The notes beneath the pieces are model-generated. The model was not told the DNA's origin. It ran no database searches and saw only the letters and a list, made by a program, of their open reading frames with translations. Shown here in pieces: positions 1 through 13,564 of a DNA stretch of 64,000 bases. Both the position numbers and the translations under genes were made by a program. The first letter of the stretch is position 1, and each line of letters opens with the position of its first letter. This DNA comes from Octopus sinensis (Eukaryota), in the NCBI RefSeq assembly GCF_006345805.1, contig NC_043009.1, forward strand, positions 50,840,001-50,904,000. Reading direction: 5' to 3'.

Positions 1-130
1 GATTTGGAATTTGGGAGAGGGTTGCCGGCCGATTACATCGACCCTCGTGCACAATGCTATTCATTTTATCGTCTCCGAAGAATGAAAGGCGAAGTAAACC
101 TCGGTGGTATTTGAACTCGGAACCTAAGGC
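1..130 (-). mobile_element. SINE family B (partial)
   Basis: tcgtctccgaagaatgaaaggcgaagtaaacctcggtggtatttgaactc matches the B core seen in many other copies in the window. Confidence 0.7.
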
Positions 131-433
131 CGCTTTAGCAATAATAATATCTAATAATTACACTCTGGTATATACATAAATACATACATTACATACAAAC
201 ACACATTCACACATACATGCATATACACATATGCCTACACAACATACACGCATACACACACTAATACGTCGACACATACACACGTACACACGTATACATA
301 CACAAATACGTACATATATGCATATACACGTGCATACATACAAACATACATACACACACATACATACACATGCACATACATACATACACACGCATATATA
401 CAGACATATACATATGTTTTGGCATACTCTCTC

Positions 434-655
434 TCTTTTACTCTTTTACTCGTTTCAGTCATTTGACTGTGGCCATGCTGGAGCACCACCTTTAGTCGAG
501 CAACTCGACCCCGGGACTTATTCTTTTTTAAGCCCAGTACTTATTCTATCGATCTCTTTTGCCGAACCGCTAAGTGACGGGGACATAAACACACCAGCAT
601 CGGTTGTCAAGCAATGCTAGGGGGGGGGACAAACACAGACACACAAACGCACACG

Positions 656-689
<34 letters not shown>

Positions 690-866
690 TACGACGGGCT
701 TCTTTTCAGTTTCCGTCTACCAAATCCATCCACTCACAAGGCTTTGGTCGGCCCGAGGCTATAATAGTAGAAGACACTTCGCCCAAGGTGCCACGCAGTG
801 GGACTTGAACCCGAAACCATGTGGTTGGTTGGTAAGCAAGCTACTTACCACACAGCCACTCCTGCG
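434..866 (-). mobile_element. SINE family A (tRNA-like head, internal TA/TG microsatellite, AAAAGAGT tail)
   Basis: Reverse complement of ggcgcaggagtggctgtgtggtaag...ggcggtgctccagcatggccgcagtcaaatgactgaaac; more than 10 copies in the window. Confidence 0.85.
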
Positions 867-1156
867 AATTTTATTTTTCCCCTCTTTTTTTTAGGGGGGG
901 GGTGTAAAAACTTATAAGTTTCTCGGGGAAAAACAAATAAAGAGAAGACAGAAACAGCATAAACAACTTCACAACATATATACATCATTATATACATATA
1001 TTATATACATCATTATATACATATATTATATACATCATTATATATACATCCCGCAAGATGTGAAAAAAAGCAAAAGAAATAAAACATCCGTAATTCATAT
1101 TTATAGATATATAATAAAATATATATATATATGTACAATATATACACACTACTTAC

Positions 1157-1281
1157 ATTGTGTTTGTCTTGTTCCAATAAAGTGTATGCTTAATCCAGTT
1201 AGGTTTGGCATCCGTGAAAATGTTTCCTATCCATGTATTGTAGAAAATGAGAAGAATCCAAGGGAGACCGAGTGACCACAT
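1157..1281 (-). CDS. Ephrin: First coding exon of an ephrin (signal peptide + start of ephrin receptor-binding domain); gene continues beyond left edge
   Basis: Translates MWSLGLPWILLIFYNTWIGNIFTDAKPNWIKHTLYWNKTNT(I/M). A hydrophobic leader is followed by HTLYWNKTNT, resembling ephrin-A1 HTVFWNSSNP and fly Ephrin HWNTSNSIF, with the NxS/T sequon. Ends AT|GTAAGT (plus acttac 1151-1156), a phase-2 intron at the position where vertebrate ephrin-A exon 1 ends. Confidence 0.78.
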
Positions 1282-1423
1282 TCGGTTACAATTTGAACGA
1301 TAATGATAGTAATGATTATTATTATTATTATTATTATTATTATTGTGATTATTATTATTACTATCAGACACCGGCATTTTCATAATGCTTCTTTATTTTT
1401 TTGTATGTGTATATATATATATG

Positions 1424-1462
<39 letters not shown>

Positions 1463-2013
1463 CTATGTATTCCTTCTGTAATTTCTTTTACTGAGTAGTA
1501 TAATAATTAATAATAATAATTTTGATCCTGGTTAAAAAGAATTTTGTTGTGCTTGTTATGTATATAATGATGTATGTATATATAAATATATATAAATATA
1601 TATATATATATTATATATATATACTCCTTTTATGTAGTTTGATGCTGTTTGTAATATCTTTCTCTCTCTCTCCCCTCTCACATAAACACTTTCTCTCTTT
1701 TACCCTTCGTTTTCAAGCGTACGTGTGTATATAATATATACACATATATACTCATACGTAGCCTACATGAGTGTATATATATGTATATATAGGTGCTTAT
1801 ATATATATGTATGTATATATATAAGTTGAATAGGGGTGATGATAATGTTGTTGTTTTTTTTTTTTACTTCACTAAAGTTGGTATGTTCGTGTGTGTATGT
1901 ATATTATTATATAAAGCTATATATATATATTTATAAATATATATATATATGAATATTTGTATATAAATGTAATGCGTGTGTGTAAAATTATTTGTATATA
2001 TATATATTATTTG

Positions 2014-2050
<37 letters not shown>

Positions 2051-2545
2051 ATAGGTATATCCTTCAAAGTCGTTATCAGCTCCTTGTTAATAAGAACTTG
2101 TGGTAATTGTTTTCCAGAAATTGTTTTAAGTGAAATTATTACAACTTGTTTTCTTGGTTACGTTTAGATTCCTGGGAGGAGATGGAGACCGGAGATTGTG
2201 GTGGTGATTGTTGCTATATATTTTTCCTTTTTCGACAACGGTGTCGTCGTCTCTCCTTCTCTCTCTCTCGTCGTCGTCGTTGTTGTTTCTACTTTTCTTT
2301 TTCTCTCTCACACACACACACCACAAACTGCAAGAAAAGAAAAAGAAGAAAAAGAATACACAGAGAGAAAAAAAAATTGTTTGATATGTGTCTAATATTA
2401 GTTTTTCCTTGTTTCTTCTCGAAAAATTTTTTCTCTTCTTTTAAAACTTAACAGTTAAAAAAAAACACAGACAACATTGAAAAAAAACTGTCGTCTGCGT
2501 TAGGTTAAAAATTTTCAGAGAACGACGACTTTTAGTTAAAAGCAA

Positions 2546-2551
2546 GACTGA
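2546..2551 (-). promoter_or_regulatory. Candidate Initiator (TCAGTC) for the ephrin transcript
   Basis: Minus strand CTATCAGTCTTGC matches TCAKTY, next to GA-repeat tracts (2553-2600) and followed by CpG-containing UTR-like sequence leading towards the ATG. Motif only. Confidence 0.25.
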
Positions 2552-2734
2552 TAGAGAGAGAGAGAAAGAGAGGGGGGAGGAGAGGAGAGAGTGAGAGAGA
2601 ACTGCGTGGTTATGTACTCCAGCGACACACATACATAGATTAACATACACACACACACACACACACAGCGCATATATCTATGTATACGTATACGACTGAC
2701 ACGCGTGCGCATACACACTCACACACCCACATAA

Positions 2735-2771
<37 letters not shown>

Positions 2772-3703
2772 TATATATATATATTTATATAAAGATAGAC
2801 GTATACATAGGACACACTTACAGATATACAAACCCTCACCGCCTTCTGTCTCGCTCTCGCTTTTTATTCTCTCTTACTTTCCCTCCCTCCTTTTCTTACT
2901 TTCTTTTTCTCCTCTTCTCTCGTCCATTGAACTATTTAGCAACTCTCCCTCTCTCTCTCTCTCTCTTTCTATCTCCTTTTCTCTCTCTTTCCACTTAACT
3001 ATTTATATATACTTTCTTTCTCTCTTAACTCTACCTAACCGTTTACTCACTTTCTTTCTCTCTTCCGCCTTTTACCCTCTATTTGTCTCCTTTCCCCTCT
3101 TTTTCTCTTTGTCACCTTTATTATACTTGTGTACGTGCGCACTCCTATACATATATATCCTTTTCTTTTTCTCCCTCTCTATTACTTAATGTTAGTCTTC
3201 CTTTTTCTCTCTGACTGACCCTTTTCAATCACTCTCTTTATCATTCATACTTATTACATATAATTACACCGTTATCCTTTCTTTCTTCTCACCCACTTTC
3301 TATTTATCTGGCCTTCTCTCTCTCTTTCTCACTCTCTCTCACTCTGTCTTGCGCAGTCTATTCTCCCTCTCTTCTTCCTTTCCTATTCTTTTTATGCTTC
3401 TTCCTTCCCCCCTTTCCCCAGTCTATACCTATCGCTCTTTCTCTTTTCCTCTCTTTCAGTCTATCAATCTGCTGCAACAGTCCTTTCCACTCTCCCCCTC
3501 TCTCAGATTCATTTACTCTCTCTCTGTCTCTTCTTTTACCTATACTCTCTCTTTCACTTTTCCGTTGTCTGACTATTTTTCACTTTCTATCTCGTTCTCT
3601 CTATCTCTAGATACATTTGTTTATCTCTTATTACTTTCGCTCTTCTCTATATAATTCCTTCTCTTCTCTATCTTCACCACCACACTGTCTCCCCCCTACA
3701 CAC

Positions 3704-3770
<67 letters not shown>

Positions 3771-3927
3771 GTTTATCTGTCTGTCTGTCTATCTGTCTAT
3801 CTTTACTTTTTGAAACAACTACACGTGAAGCAGTTTACTCGAAAGGAATGCAACAATAGTTTTGTGAGATGCACGGAGTTTGGGAAGTTAAAATAAGGAT
3901 CTGTAGTCGACACCACCACCACCACTA

Positions 3928-3965
<38 letters not shown>

Positions 3966-4404
3966 ACAACATTAGCTGCGGTTGTTTTATCATTATCTTA
4001 CAGCGAGTAAAAAGTAATGTGACTTAATTGTGTAACAATTAGCAAAATAATGAGGCTTTCGACGTTTCTTACACAAGTGACGGTATGCGAGATGCTGTTG
4101 TGATGTTAATGGCTTTTCGTTTTTCCCCTCCCCTTCTAATTGATGCTTAAAATCATCCACAGCAACTTGGTCGCGACCAAGTGGTGATGAATGAATTGGT
4201 TAGCGGTGGTTCCAAAGTGAGAATCGAAACCGGGTTCGCTAAAATTTCGGTTCACACAACAAGAGAAGAAAGAAAGAGGAGAATGAAAGAAAACAACGAA
4301 GATATTATGGAACTTTTTTTTTTACTGTTAACAAGTCCAGACGGAAGAGAGAAAAGGAGAGAGAGAGAGAGAAAGGAGAAGGGAATAAGAGAAGAATAAA
4401 AGGA

Positions 4405-4436
<32 letters not shown>

Positions 4437-4779
4437 ATGCAAGCAGAAATAGCGGGAGGAAGAATCAGCAATCGAAGTTATGTGGTTTGTTCTTTTGTTA
4501 TTATTATGATAGCGATGATGATGATGATGGTGGTGGTAGTAGTGGTGGTGGTGGTGGTAGTGGTGGTGGTGATGACGACGATGACGACGATGATGATGAC
4601 GATGATGATGACTAACTATTATTAATATTACTGAGCGTGTGTTTCTGATTGAGTGAAAAAGCACATATCTATGTAGTTATACGTATTGTCCGTGTGTGTG
4701 TGTGTGTGTGTGGTGTATGCATAAGTGTTATATTTATATATATGCGTGTGTTTGCGTGTGCGAGTGTGTTTGCGTGTGC

Positions 4780-4816
<37 letters not shown>

Positions 4817-5479
4817 CGTGTTAGTTTTCGCCGCGCTGGTTTGGGATTTTCGTTCAAGATAGAAAGAAAAACAGAAAACAGACCCATAAAGAGAAGGGCG
4901 GGAAAGAAGGAAATGCTGATGGATATATATTTGCGTGTGTCCTGTATGTGTGTGTCTATATATTTCCACCCGCTTTTTGTGTTTGTTTGTAATATCGGGT
5001 AGAAAACAAAAAGAAAACCAACAACAAACACCACACCAGAATAAAATAGAAAATATAAACGGAAACTCCTCTCATCCAAAAGTATGTTTACGCACGCAAC
5101 GGTCACATTGATTTTAGCTATCAATCTATTTAGACAGATGGAGATTTATAACTAGAATATTTCCTCTTTTCCCTTTACTTTCCCGTTGTTTTCCTTTCGT
5201 TTTCTTTTCATTTCTTTCTTTTCCTTTGCTTTTTTTTTTGGTGTTTTTGCTTTACTTTTAAACATGTAACTTTTGATAAAAGGTCTATGAGATGTGGTGA
5301 TGTTCAATCAAGCCTTTGTCAAGAAGTTTTAATAAATGTTTTCAAAATCCCGCTCGCTCGATCTAAAAAAAAAATCTCATACCGGCATTCGAATGAAACT
5401 ACAACCGATCGCTGAATCGTCTCACACGACACGGCACCCGCTGCAAATAGACAGACAGACAGATAAGATAGGTGGGTAG

Positions 5480-5526
<47 letters not shown>

Positions 5527-5959
5527 AGATAGGTAGGTAAGAAGGTAGAAGGTAGATAGGTAGGTAGGTAGGTAGGTAGGTAGGTAGGTAGGTAGGTAGG
5601 CAGGTAGGTAGGTAGGTAGGTAGGCAGGCAGGTTAGGTAAGGCAAGGGAATTAGGTAAAATGTTTAAGTAAGAATAAGAATGGAACAAGGGACGGTTGGT
5701 AAAAAGAAAAAAAAGTACTCGAATGAAAGAAATAGTGGGGTTGAAAAGTAGAGAGGTAAGCAAAGGCTGGACCACCTACTGTTCCTTGGGCCCGGTTGGA
5801 TGGCAAGCTAACTGGCTGGAGTGATGGATAGATGAATGGAAAGACTGATTGTCGGATGGCAAACTGGCAAGCTGGTTGGCTGGCTGGCTGGCTGGCTGGT
5901 TGGCTGGCTGGCTGGCTGGCTGGCTGGTTGGTTGGTTGGTTGGCTGGTCGGTTAGTTGG

Positions 5960-5991
<32 letters not shown>

Positions 5992-6429
5992 ATGTTTGGA
6001 TGGATTGTCGGTTTGATAGGGGGTAGATTTGTATTAGGTGGTCAGTCGGATAGTTGGATAAGGTTTGTTAGGCTGGATTTTTTTTGTTTTGTTTTTTTTG
6101 TTTTTTTGGTTTAGGTAGGTACGGATGGGTTGATATATATATATATTATATATATATATATTTTTAAAAAAAAGTTGGATGGATGTAATCAGTTGGATAA
6201 ATGGATGGATGGATGGATCGATGGGTGGATGGATGGATGGATGGATGGATGGATGGATGGATGATGGGTATATAAAGACGGATGGATCGATGGAGTCCAG
6301 ACTGCCGAAGAAACAGCAACAAAAAAAAAAACCAACAAAAAAAAATGTAATTGTGACGGAAATGATAGCCAAACAAACCGGAGACGTCTACGAAAATTTT
6401 GGCAGTGGTTGTTGATAGCGTCTTTGCGT

Positions 6430-7870
6430 TGATGGTGATGATGATGATGATGACGATAATGATGCTGGTGCAGCTTCTAATACTACTACTACTACTGTTG
6501 CTGTTGCTCTTGTTGTTGTTGTTGTTATTGTTGTTGGTAGTGATGATCCTACTGCCGGTTTCGCTCACTGTGGTCGCGGAACTGGTAAAAGAAAAAAAAA
6601 AACACCCAGCCGCGACAATATTTTATTTATTTATTATTATCATTATCATCATTATTTTCATTATTGTTATCATTATCATTATTATTTATATTATTATTAT
6701 TGTTGTTTGTTGTTGTTGTTGTTGGTGTAACACTGGTAGTTGTAGTAGTCGGTATTGTTGTAACGGCCGTGGCATAAGTGGTGAGGTATGGTGTTGGTGG
6801 TGGTGTGGTGGTGGTTAACAGTAAGAGGTGACTGACTGACTGCGAAGTTGTGGCTTTCTCTCTCAGTTGTTCTGTTAATTGTTGCTGTTGTTATTTTACT
6901 ATAACGTGTTGTTTGTGGTGATGATGACGATGACGATGATGATGGTGATGATGGTGCTGGTTGGGGTGGTGGCGGCGGAGGCGGTACTGTTGGAGGTGGA
7001 GGAAGGAGGGGATGTCTGGAGAGAAAGATGGACGATGTTTTCTTTCTTTTTTTTTCTCTTTCTGTTTTTTTCTTTTATTCCTTCTCTTTGTTTATTTTTA
7101 AAGTATCAGCGAACCAACCCCGCTGCAGTAACGAGTTAGTGTGATAGTGGTGGTCGCAATGTTTATAGTGTTGTTATTATTGTTGATGTTGTTGGTAGTG
7201 ATGATGATAATGGTGATGATGGTGGTGGTGGTGATGGTGGTGGTGGTGGTGGTGGTGATGGTGGTGGTGGTGGTGATGGTGATGGTGGTGGTGGTGGTGG
7301 TGGTGGGTGGTGGTAGCAAGCGGCGCTGGTTTACTGTCCGTAAATTGGTGGCAGCGAAGGTGATGATTTGTGGACAAAGATGACGACGGTGAATGAGGAT
7401 GATGATGATGATGATGGTGGTGGTGATGGTGGTGGTGGTGGTGGTGGTGGTGGTGGTGGTCGTAGTGATATTGTTATTGTTGTTGGTGTTGGTGTTAGTG
7501 ATGGTGGTGGAGTCCCGGCTAAGTCCTTAATTTGGCAGCGACAGTGGCGGCGGTAGTTGGGTGGTGGCGAAGGTAGTGGCGGTGGTAGTAGCAGTAGCAG
7601 TAGTAGTAGTAGTAGTAGTAGCAGTAGTAGTAGTAGTAGTAGTGGTAGTAAAGATGGCGGCGGCGGCGGCGGCGGCTGGCGATGGAGTTTGTTAAAAGAA
7701 CCGTTGGTTCAACAGCAACAACAACAACGAAGACGATATACGACGATGACGATGTTAAAACTGTGACGACGACGATGATAATGATGATGATGATGGCAAT
7801 GATGATGATGATGCTAATGATGATGATGATGATGATGATGGATGATGATCACAACGACGACTACGACGAC
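6430..7870. repeat. Compound trinucleotide tracts (GAT, GGT, GTT, AGT, CGG)
   Basis: Visible runs; they produce only low-complexity ORFs interrupted by stops. Confidence 0.9.
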
Positions 7871-8833
7871 GATAAACAAACGTAGTAAAAATGATAGTTA
7901 TTATATATCAGTTTTTTGGCAAGAAAGGGCGGCTACAGACTTGTGTTTTTGTTTTTGTTTTTGTTTTTTGGTCTCTTCTTAATATTATATACACACCACG
8001 CGCATTTCATTTACGATCCCGACGACGACTAAAGTAACTTGCGTTGCGTACGATACGCACCTTGCTGCTCGCTCGCTCACTCTATCGCTCGCTCGCTCGC
8101 TCTATCGCTCTCACTCCACTTCTTAAACTCACACTCTTTTCTCAGTTTCATTCAAATTCACTCCAGCTTTTACTCTCTCTCTCTCTCTCTCACCTTCTCG
8201 CAGTCGTTCACTCATTTTTCCGTTTCTCTTCTTCCTCCCCTTCTTATCTCATCTTATTCTTATTCTTCTCTTCTCTCTCTATTATCATTATGTTATATTT
8301 TTTTTCCTTTCCTGTAACAACCGGCGCTACGAGTCACCTAATGCTTTGCTTATTTGTTTTTCGGTTTATCTGTGTGTGCGTGTCTTCTAGTATATTGCTT
8401 TACGCACCGTCTCGATTGTATGAGTGTATCTCTATGAATGTATCTATGTGTATATGTGTATGTATGTGTATGTATGTATGTGTATGTGTATGTATATGTG
8501 AGTATATATATATATGTATATGTATGTGTATACTATATATATATATATATATATATATGTGTATACTATATAGATGTATGTATATATATATGTATATATA
8601 TTTAAATGGTATATATATATGTATATATTTAATATATATATATATATATAGTGTATTGTATATGTATATATATATATATATATATATGTACTTGTAATAT
8701 ATTTATATGTATGTATGTTATTTACATGTACATATATGTATTTGTATATATTTATATTATGTAATATGTATTTATATATATAGAATATATTATTTATATA
8801 CCCATGTCATATATATATATATATGCACATATG

Positions 8834-8873
<40 letters not shown>

Positions 8874-9261
8874 CACATATCTGTGTGTGCGCGCGCGCGT
8901 TAATTGCAAGTGTGCCACTTTTTTTGTTTCCCCGTTGCGTTATTGTGTTTGTGTCTTTATTCTCAGTTTCCAGTTGCGGTGTATGTGTGTGTGTGTGTAT
9001 GTCAGATTCTGTATGTGTGTGTGTGCGATACAAACAAATACAGAGTGGACCCCGTTTATTCCACTCGCCGCTCCTTTGCCAACGCTTACACTCACACTCG
9101 GCCGAGTGAGGTGACGCGTCTGCTGTCTCAGACAAGCAAAATCCTCACCAACACCGTGTCATCGTCTCGTTTCTCTTTTACTCCGCACCTTCTTCTTTCC
9201 CGCCTCGCCTACTTCTTGGCTGTCGATGAACATCCTAAGAGCATCCGACCACACACACACA

Positions 9262-9294
<33 letters not shown>

Positions 9295-9409
9295 CATACA
9301 CACTCATACACACACACACACGTGCGAACACGTACTCTTTCATACATACGTATGTTGTTCTTCACAGATACAAATGTGCGTATACAGACTACTTTTGTTG
9401 CTGGATCTT

Positions 9410-9561
9410 CATTATATATCTGTATCTATCTATCTATCTGTCTATCTATCTATCTATTATATCTATCTATCTATCTATCTATCTAATCTATCTATCTATC
9501 TATCGATCTATCGATCTATCTATCTATCTATATATCTATCTGTATGTCTGTCGTCTGGCTG

Positions 9562-9595
<34 letters not shown>

Positions 9596-9669
9596 TCTGT
9601 CGGTTGTCTGTCTGTGTCCGTCAGTCCGTCGTCCGTCCGTCCGTCATCCCATCCATCATCTATCTATCA

Positions 9670-9722
<53 letters not shown>

Positions 9723-10334
9723 ATCTATCTTTATCTCTATCTATCTATCATATATATTATATATACTTATATATACACACACATGCATGTAAACATTTGC
9801 ATGCATATGCCTGTCTTCACAGACATTTATGTGTATATAAATTCTATTTTGTGGTTGGATCTTCATTACACACAGACACACTCACACACACAACACACAC
9901 ATATATATTTATATACACACACACACACTTATCTACACAAACACAAATATAGATAGATAGATAGATACATACATACATACATACATACATACATACATAC
10001 ATACATACATACAACATCCATACATACATACATACATACATACATACATACATACACACATACATAGATATACATGCACACATATGTATCTACATACATA
10101 TTTCATATGCGCACACATATTTCTACCTGTATGTATGTATAGCTACACTCTATATAATATTCGATATCTATTCCTCGATCTATCTCTGAATCTCTTTCCT
10201 CTTGTCTTCTTTCTTCTCTCTTCTTTGTTTCTCTTTGTTTCTTTCTTTCTTTCTTTCTTTCTTCTTTCTTTCTTTCTTTCCCTGGCTCTTTCTCTCTATC
10301 TCATGCGTGTGTGTGTATGCGCGTGTACTTATGC

Positions 10335-10371
<37 letters not shown>

Positions 10372-10508
10372 CGCGTATGAGTGCTTGTAGGTGGAAGCAT
10401 AAAAAAATCCAGTCATGTGAATATTCATGTTTATGTTTGCCATTGTTATAAGTCATATATTTAGATAATGCAAGTATGATTATATGCGTGTATGCATGTA
10501 CGTATATA

Positions 10509-10569
<61 letters not shown>

Positions 10570-10769
10570 ATGTATATATATATATATACATGTTTGTATG
10601 TATGCATGTATATATGTGTGTATGTATATATGTTTGTGTGTATGTATATACCTATGTGCGAGTTTGTATGTATGTATGTATGTATGTTTGCATGTATGTA
10701 TGTGTGTGTGTGTATGTTATGTATGCATGCATGTATGTATGTATGTATGCATGTATGTATGTATGTATG

Positions 10770-10806
<37 letters not shown>

Positions 10807-10930
10807 GTTTGTATGTATGCATGTATATATGTGTGTGTATGTATATATGTTTGTGTGTGTGTGTATGTATATACCTATGTGCGAGTTTGTATGTATGTAT
10901 GTATGTATGTATGTATGTATGTATGTATAC
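9410..10930. repeat. ATCT / TACA / TATG microsatellite blocks, with an internal direct duplication (~10580-10680 vs ~10795-10900)
   Basis: atatacatgtttgtatgtatgcatgtatatatgtgtg...atacctatgtgcgagtttg occurs twice. Confidence 0.85.
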
Positions 10931-11334
10931 ATCTATATACGAGTGTGTATATTCGCGCGCGCGAAATGCAGACGAAATGAGAAACTGTAATAGTGCGGTG
11001 TACCATTATTCCTGTTAAATGCCAGTCTGAAGAATTCTCAACCCAGATTTCCCACAGACGGTCAGTCAGAATTTCTTGTAAAAATAGGTTTACGGCTCTT
11101 TTCCTTTTCGTTCTGAGTTCTAATCCCGCCGATGTCGTCTTCTTGGAAGTGGTGGCCGGTTGGTAAAATAGGCGCTAACCAAATATAGGGGTAAGTTTAA
11201 GGGCTGATTTATATTCCTTTATTGGTAAACAGCAGAAATCATATATATAGGGCACAAATTTTATGGTGAAGACTTATACTCGTCATAATCGTATCTAGTT
11301 TACTTGCTGGACATTTACAAACACACACACACAC

Positions 11335-11365
<31 letters not shown>

Positions 11366-11425
11366 ATACACGCACACTTATACACACACATAGACAAATG
11401 CACACGCACACATACACACAAATAT

Positions 11426-11800
11426 ACGGCGCGCGTGGCCAAGTGGTAAGAAGGTTGGACTCGACTCAGCATCATAAGATCCTGGGTTCAATTCCTGTGC
11501 CGGATGGTTCTGTCCTTTAGCGAAGCACTATATTTTACATTGCTCCAGTTTACTCAGCTGAAATTAAGCGCCAATTTAGCGCGGGTACTGCCGTTTTCTT
11601 CTAGCTGTCACGCATACTCGTTGTTCCGTGGGGGTCATGGTTGTGGGAAAGGAGAGAGGATGTCATGTACCTCCTCTCGACGACATAAACACCTAAAACA
11701 ACAAGTGAAGGAATGGTACATGCTATCAGGTCATATTCGCTTGCGACTGGGGTGTATCTGCAACTGAGGAGGCAAAACACACCGAAACACTGTGTGTCTG
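11426..11800 (+). mobile_element. Degenerate tRNA-derived SINE of another family
   Basis: A-box tggccaagtgg, B-box gggttcaattcc, then gtcctttagcgaagcactatattttacattgctccagtttactcagctg. Confidence 0.55.
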
Positions 11801-11906
11801 GTACATATAAAGTGTAAAGAATATATTATATGAGTGCTTGTAGGTGGAAGCATAAAAAAATCCAGTCATGTGAATATGTATATATATATATGTATATATA
11901 TATATA

Positions 11907-12320
11907 GGCGCAGGAGTGGCTGTGTGGTAAGTAGCTTGCTTACCAACCACACACTTCCGGGTTCAGTCCCATGCGTGGGACCTTGGCGAGTCAGTGTTCT
12001 TTACTATAGCCTCGGGCCCCCGACCAAGCCTTGTGAGTGGATTTGGTAGACGGAAACTGAAATGAAAGAAGCCCGTGTATAATATATGTATATATATATG
12101 TGTGTATGGGTTTGTGTGTCTGTGTTTGTCCCCTAGCATTGCTTGACAACCGATGCTGGGTGTTTACGTCCCCTTTACTTAGCGGTCGGCAAAAGAGACC
12201 GATATAATAAGTACTAGGCTTACAAAGAACAAGTCCCGGGGTCGATTTGCTCGACTAAAAGGCGGTGCTCCAGTATGGCCGCAGTCAAATTATTGAAACA
12301 AGTAAAAGAGAGAAAGAGAA
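11907..12320 (+). mobile_element. SINE family A
   Basis: Full head-to-tail match to other copies. Confidence 0.85.
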
Positions 12321-12344
12321 AAGATATATATATATATATAGTTA

Positions 12345-12545
12345 ATCCAAACAAGAAAACACAGAAAAAAACACAGCAACGCGAGGACGTGGAACAATTA
12401 AAGTATTATTTGACGCTCAGGAAAGAAGGGAAGGAGGGTTTAACGTTTCGAGCGGAGCTCTTCGTCGGAAACAAAGGAGAAGGAAAGATCCCGAGAAGGG
12501 AAGACAGAGGAAAAAAAATTTTTTGCTGGTGGTGCTCAAGAGATC
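12345..12545 (-). mobile_element. Penelope-like repeat fragment with hammerhead-like motif
   Basis: Minus strand GTTT CCGACGA A GAGC TCC GCTC GAAACGTT AAAC (12472->12438). Confidence 0.4.
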
Positions 12546-13058
12546 ACTAGACATAAGCTTCAGAAATGGCATAAAATAAATATTCACTCTACCACACCTG
12601 AAAGGTACCTGTTAAAACTCTTTATCTCGATTTGAATATACATGAAGGTATTTAGAATGCCCAAACTTATTTCTACAAATGTGCTAAGCACTCATGCTGA
12701 TCATAGTTTAATCAATAAGCGTAGGAGCGAGGTAAATGCTCTAAAAAATAGGGGTGGGGTTCCGTAGGGCCCCATTGAAATGGCCCTTCAGAAACTGAAC
12801 CTCCTTACGATACTCCCTAAGAGTTCATGGTATGAAATTCAGTGCCATTGCTCCGATTCGGTCACCAATGCTATGTATTTTGTTTAAAATGCAGTAAAAG
12901 TATGGGGGTCAGTGGGGTCCCAATTAGGTGGCCCTTAAAAATAAACTCCTTTATGACATTCCTAGGATTAGGGGAGTTGTTGGTTTGAGTTACGTTTTTA
13001 TGTTCGTTAATTCCTCTTATGTACAGAGGAACATAACTCAGATTTATAATACGATATG

Positions 13059-13090
<32 letters not shown>

Positions 13091-13145
13091 TGTATGTATG
13101 TATGTTAGTATGTATATGTAGAAATATATGTTTATATATATGTAC

Positions 13146-13208
<63 letters not shown>

Positions 13209-13564
13209 ATACACACGCACACACACACACACACTCACACACACATGCACACACATAAAAAGAAAGGGAGAGAGAGAGAGAGAGAGAGAAGTCGTTGCTG
13301 TTTAGCCCCAGGTTAGCCCATATGAAGTAAATCTACAGACAAAGTTGTTCCAGCTGTGATCATTACAGCTTTTCCTCATCGTACCTAAGTTTTAACGCAA
13401 ACTTGGCTCTTTGTTCGAGTTGCGAAGTAAACGCAGCGATGTTACTCCTCAGCACACTGTTTCATGAAGGTCACTGTTAGTTCTGGCTACGCACGCATCC
13501 GTGTACTGTCATTTGTTGGCGCGCTACAGGACTAGACCGGGAACTTTTTGATACGACCTCGTAC

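Larger units (their letters stand above)
870..11050. promoter_or_regulatory. SINE-free putative promoter/upstream regulatory domain of ephrin
   Basis: No recognisable SINE over ~10 kb versus roughly one per 1-2 kb elsewhere; unique CpG-containing islands between GGT/GAT/GTT/CGG repeat tracts. Confidence 0.45.

Noticed and set aside
7682-7885. ORF MEFVKRTVGS... as a gene start
   Set aside because: Runs straight into GAT/GAC repeats and stops; no donor or domain.
10376-11877. ~49-bp direct repeat tatgagtgcttgtaggtggaagcataaaaaaatccagtcatgtgaatat (10376 and 11829)
   Set aside because: Too short and without terminal structure to interpret; likely a fragment of a dispersed repeat.
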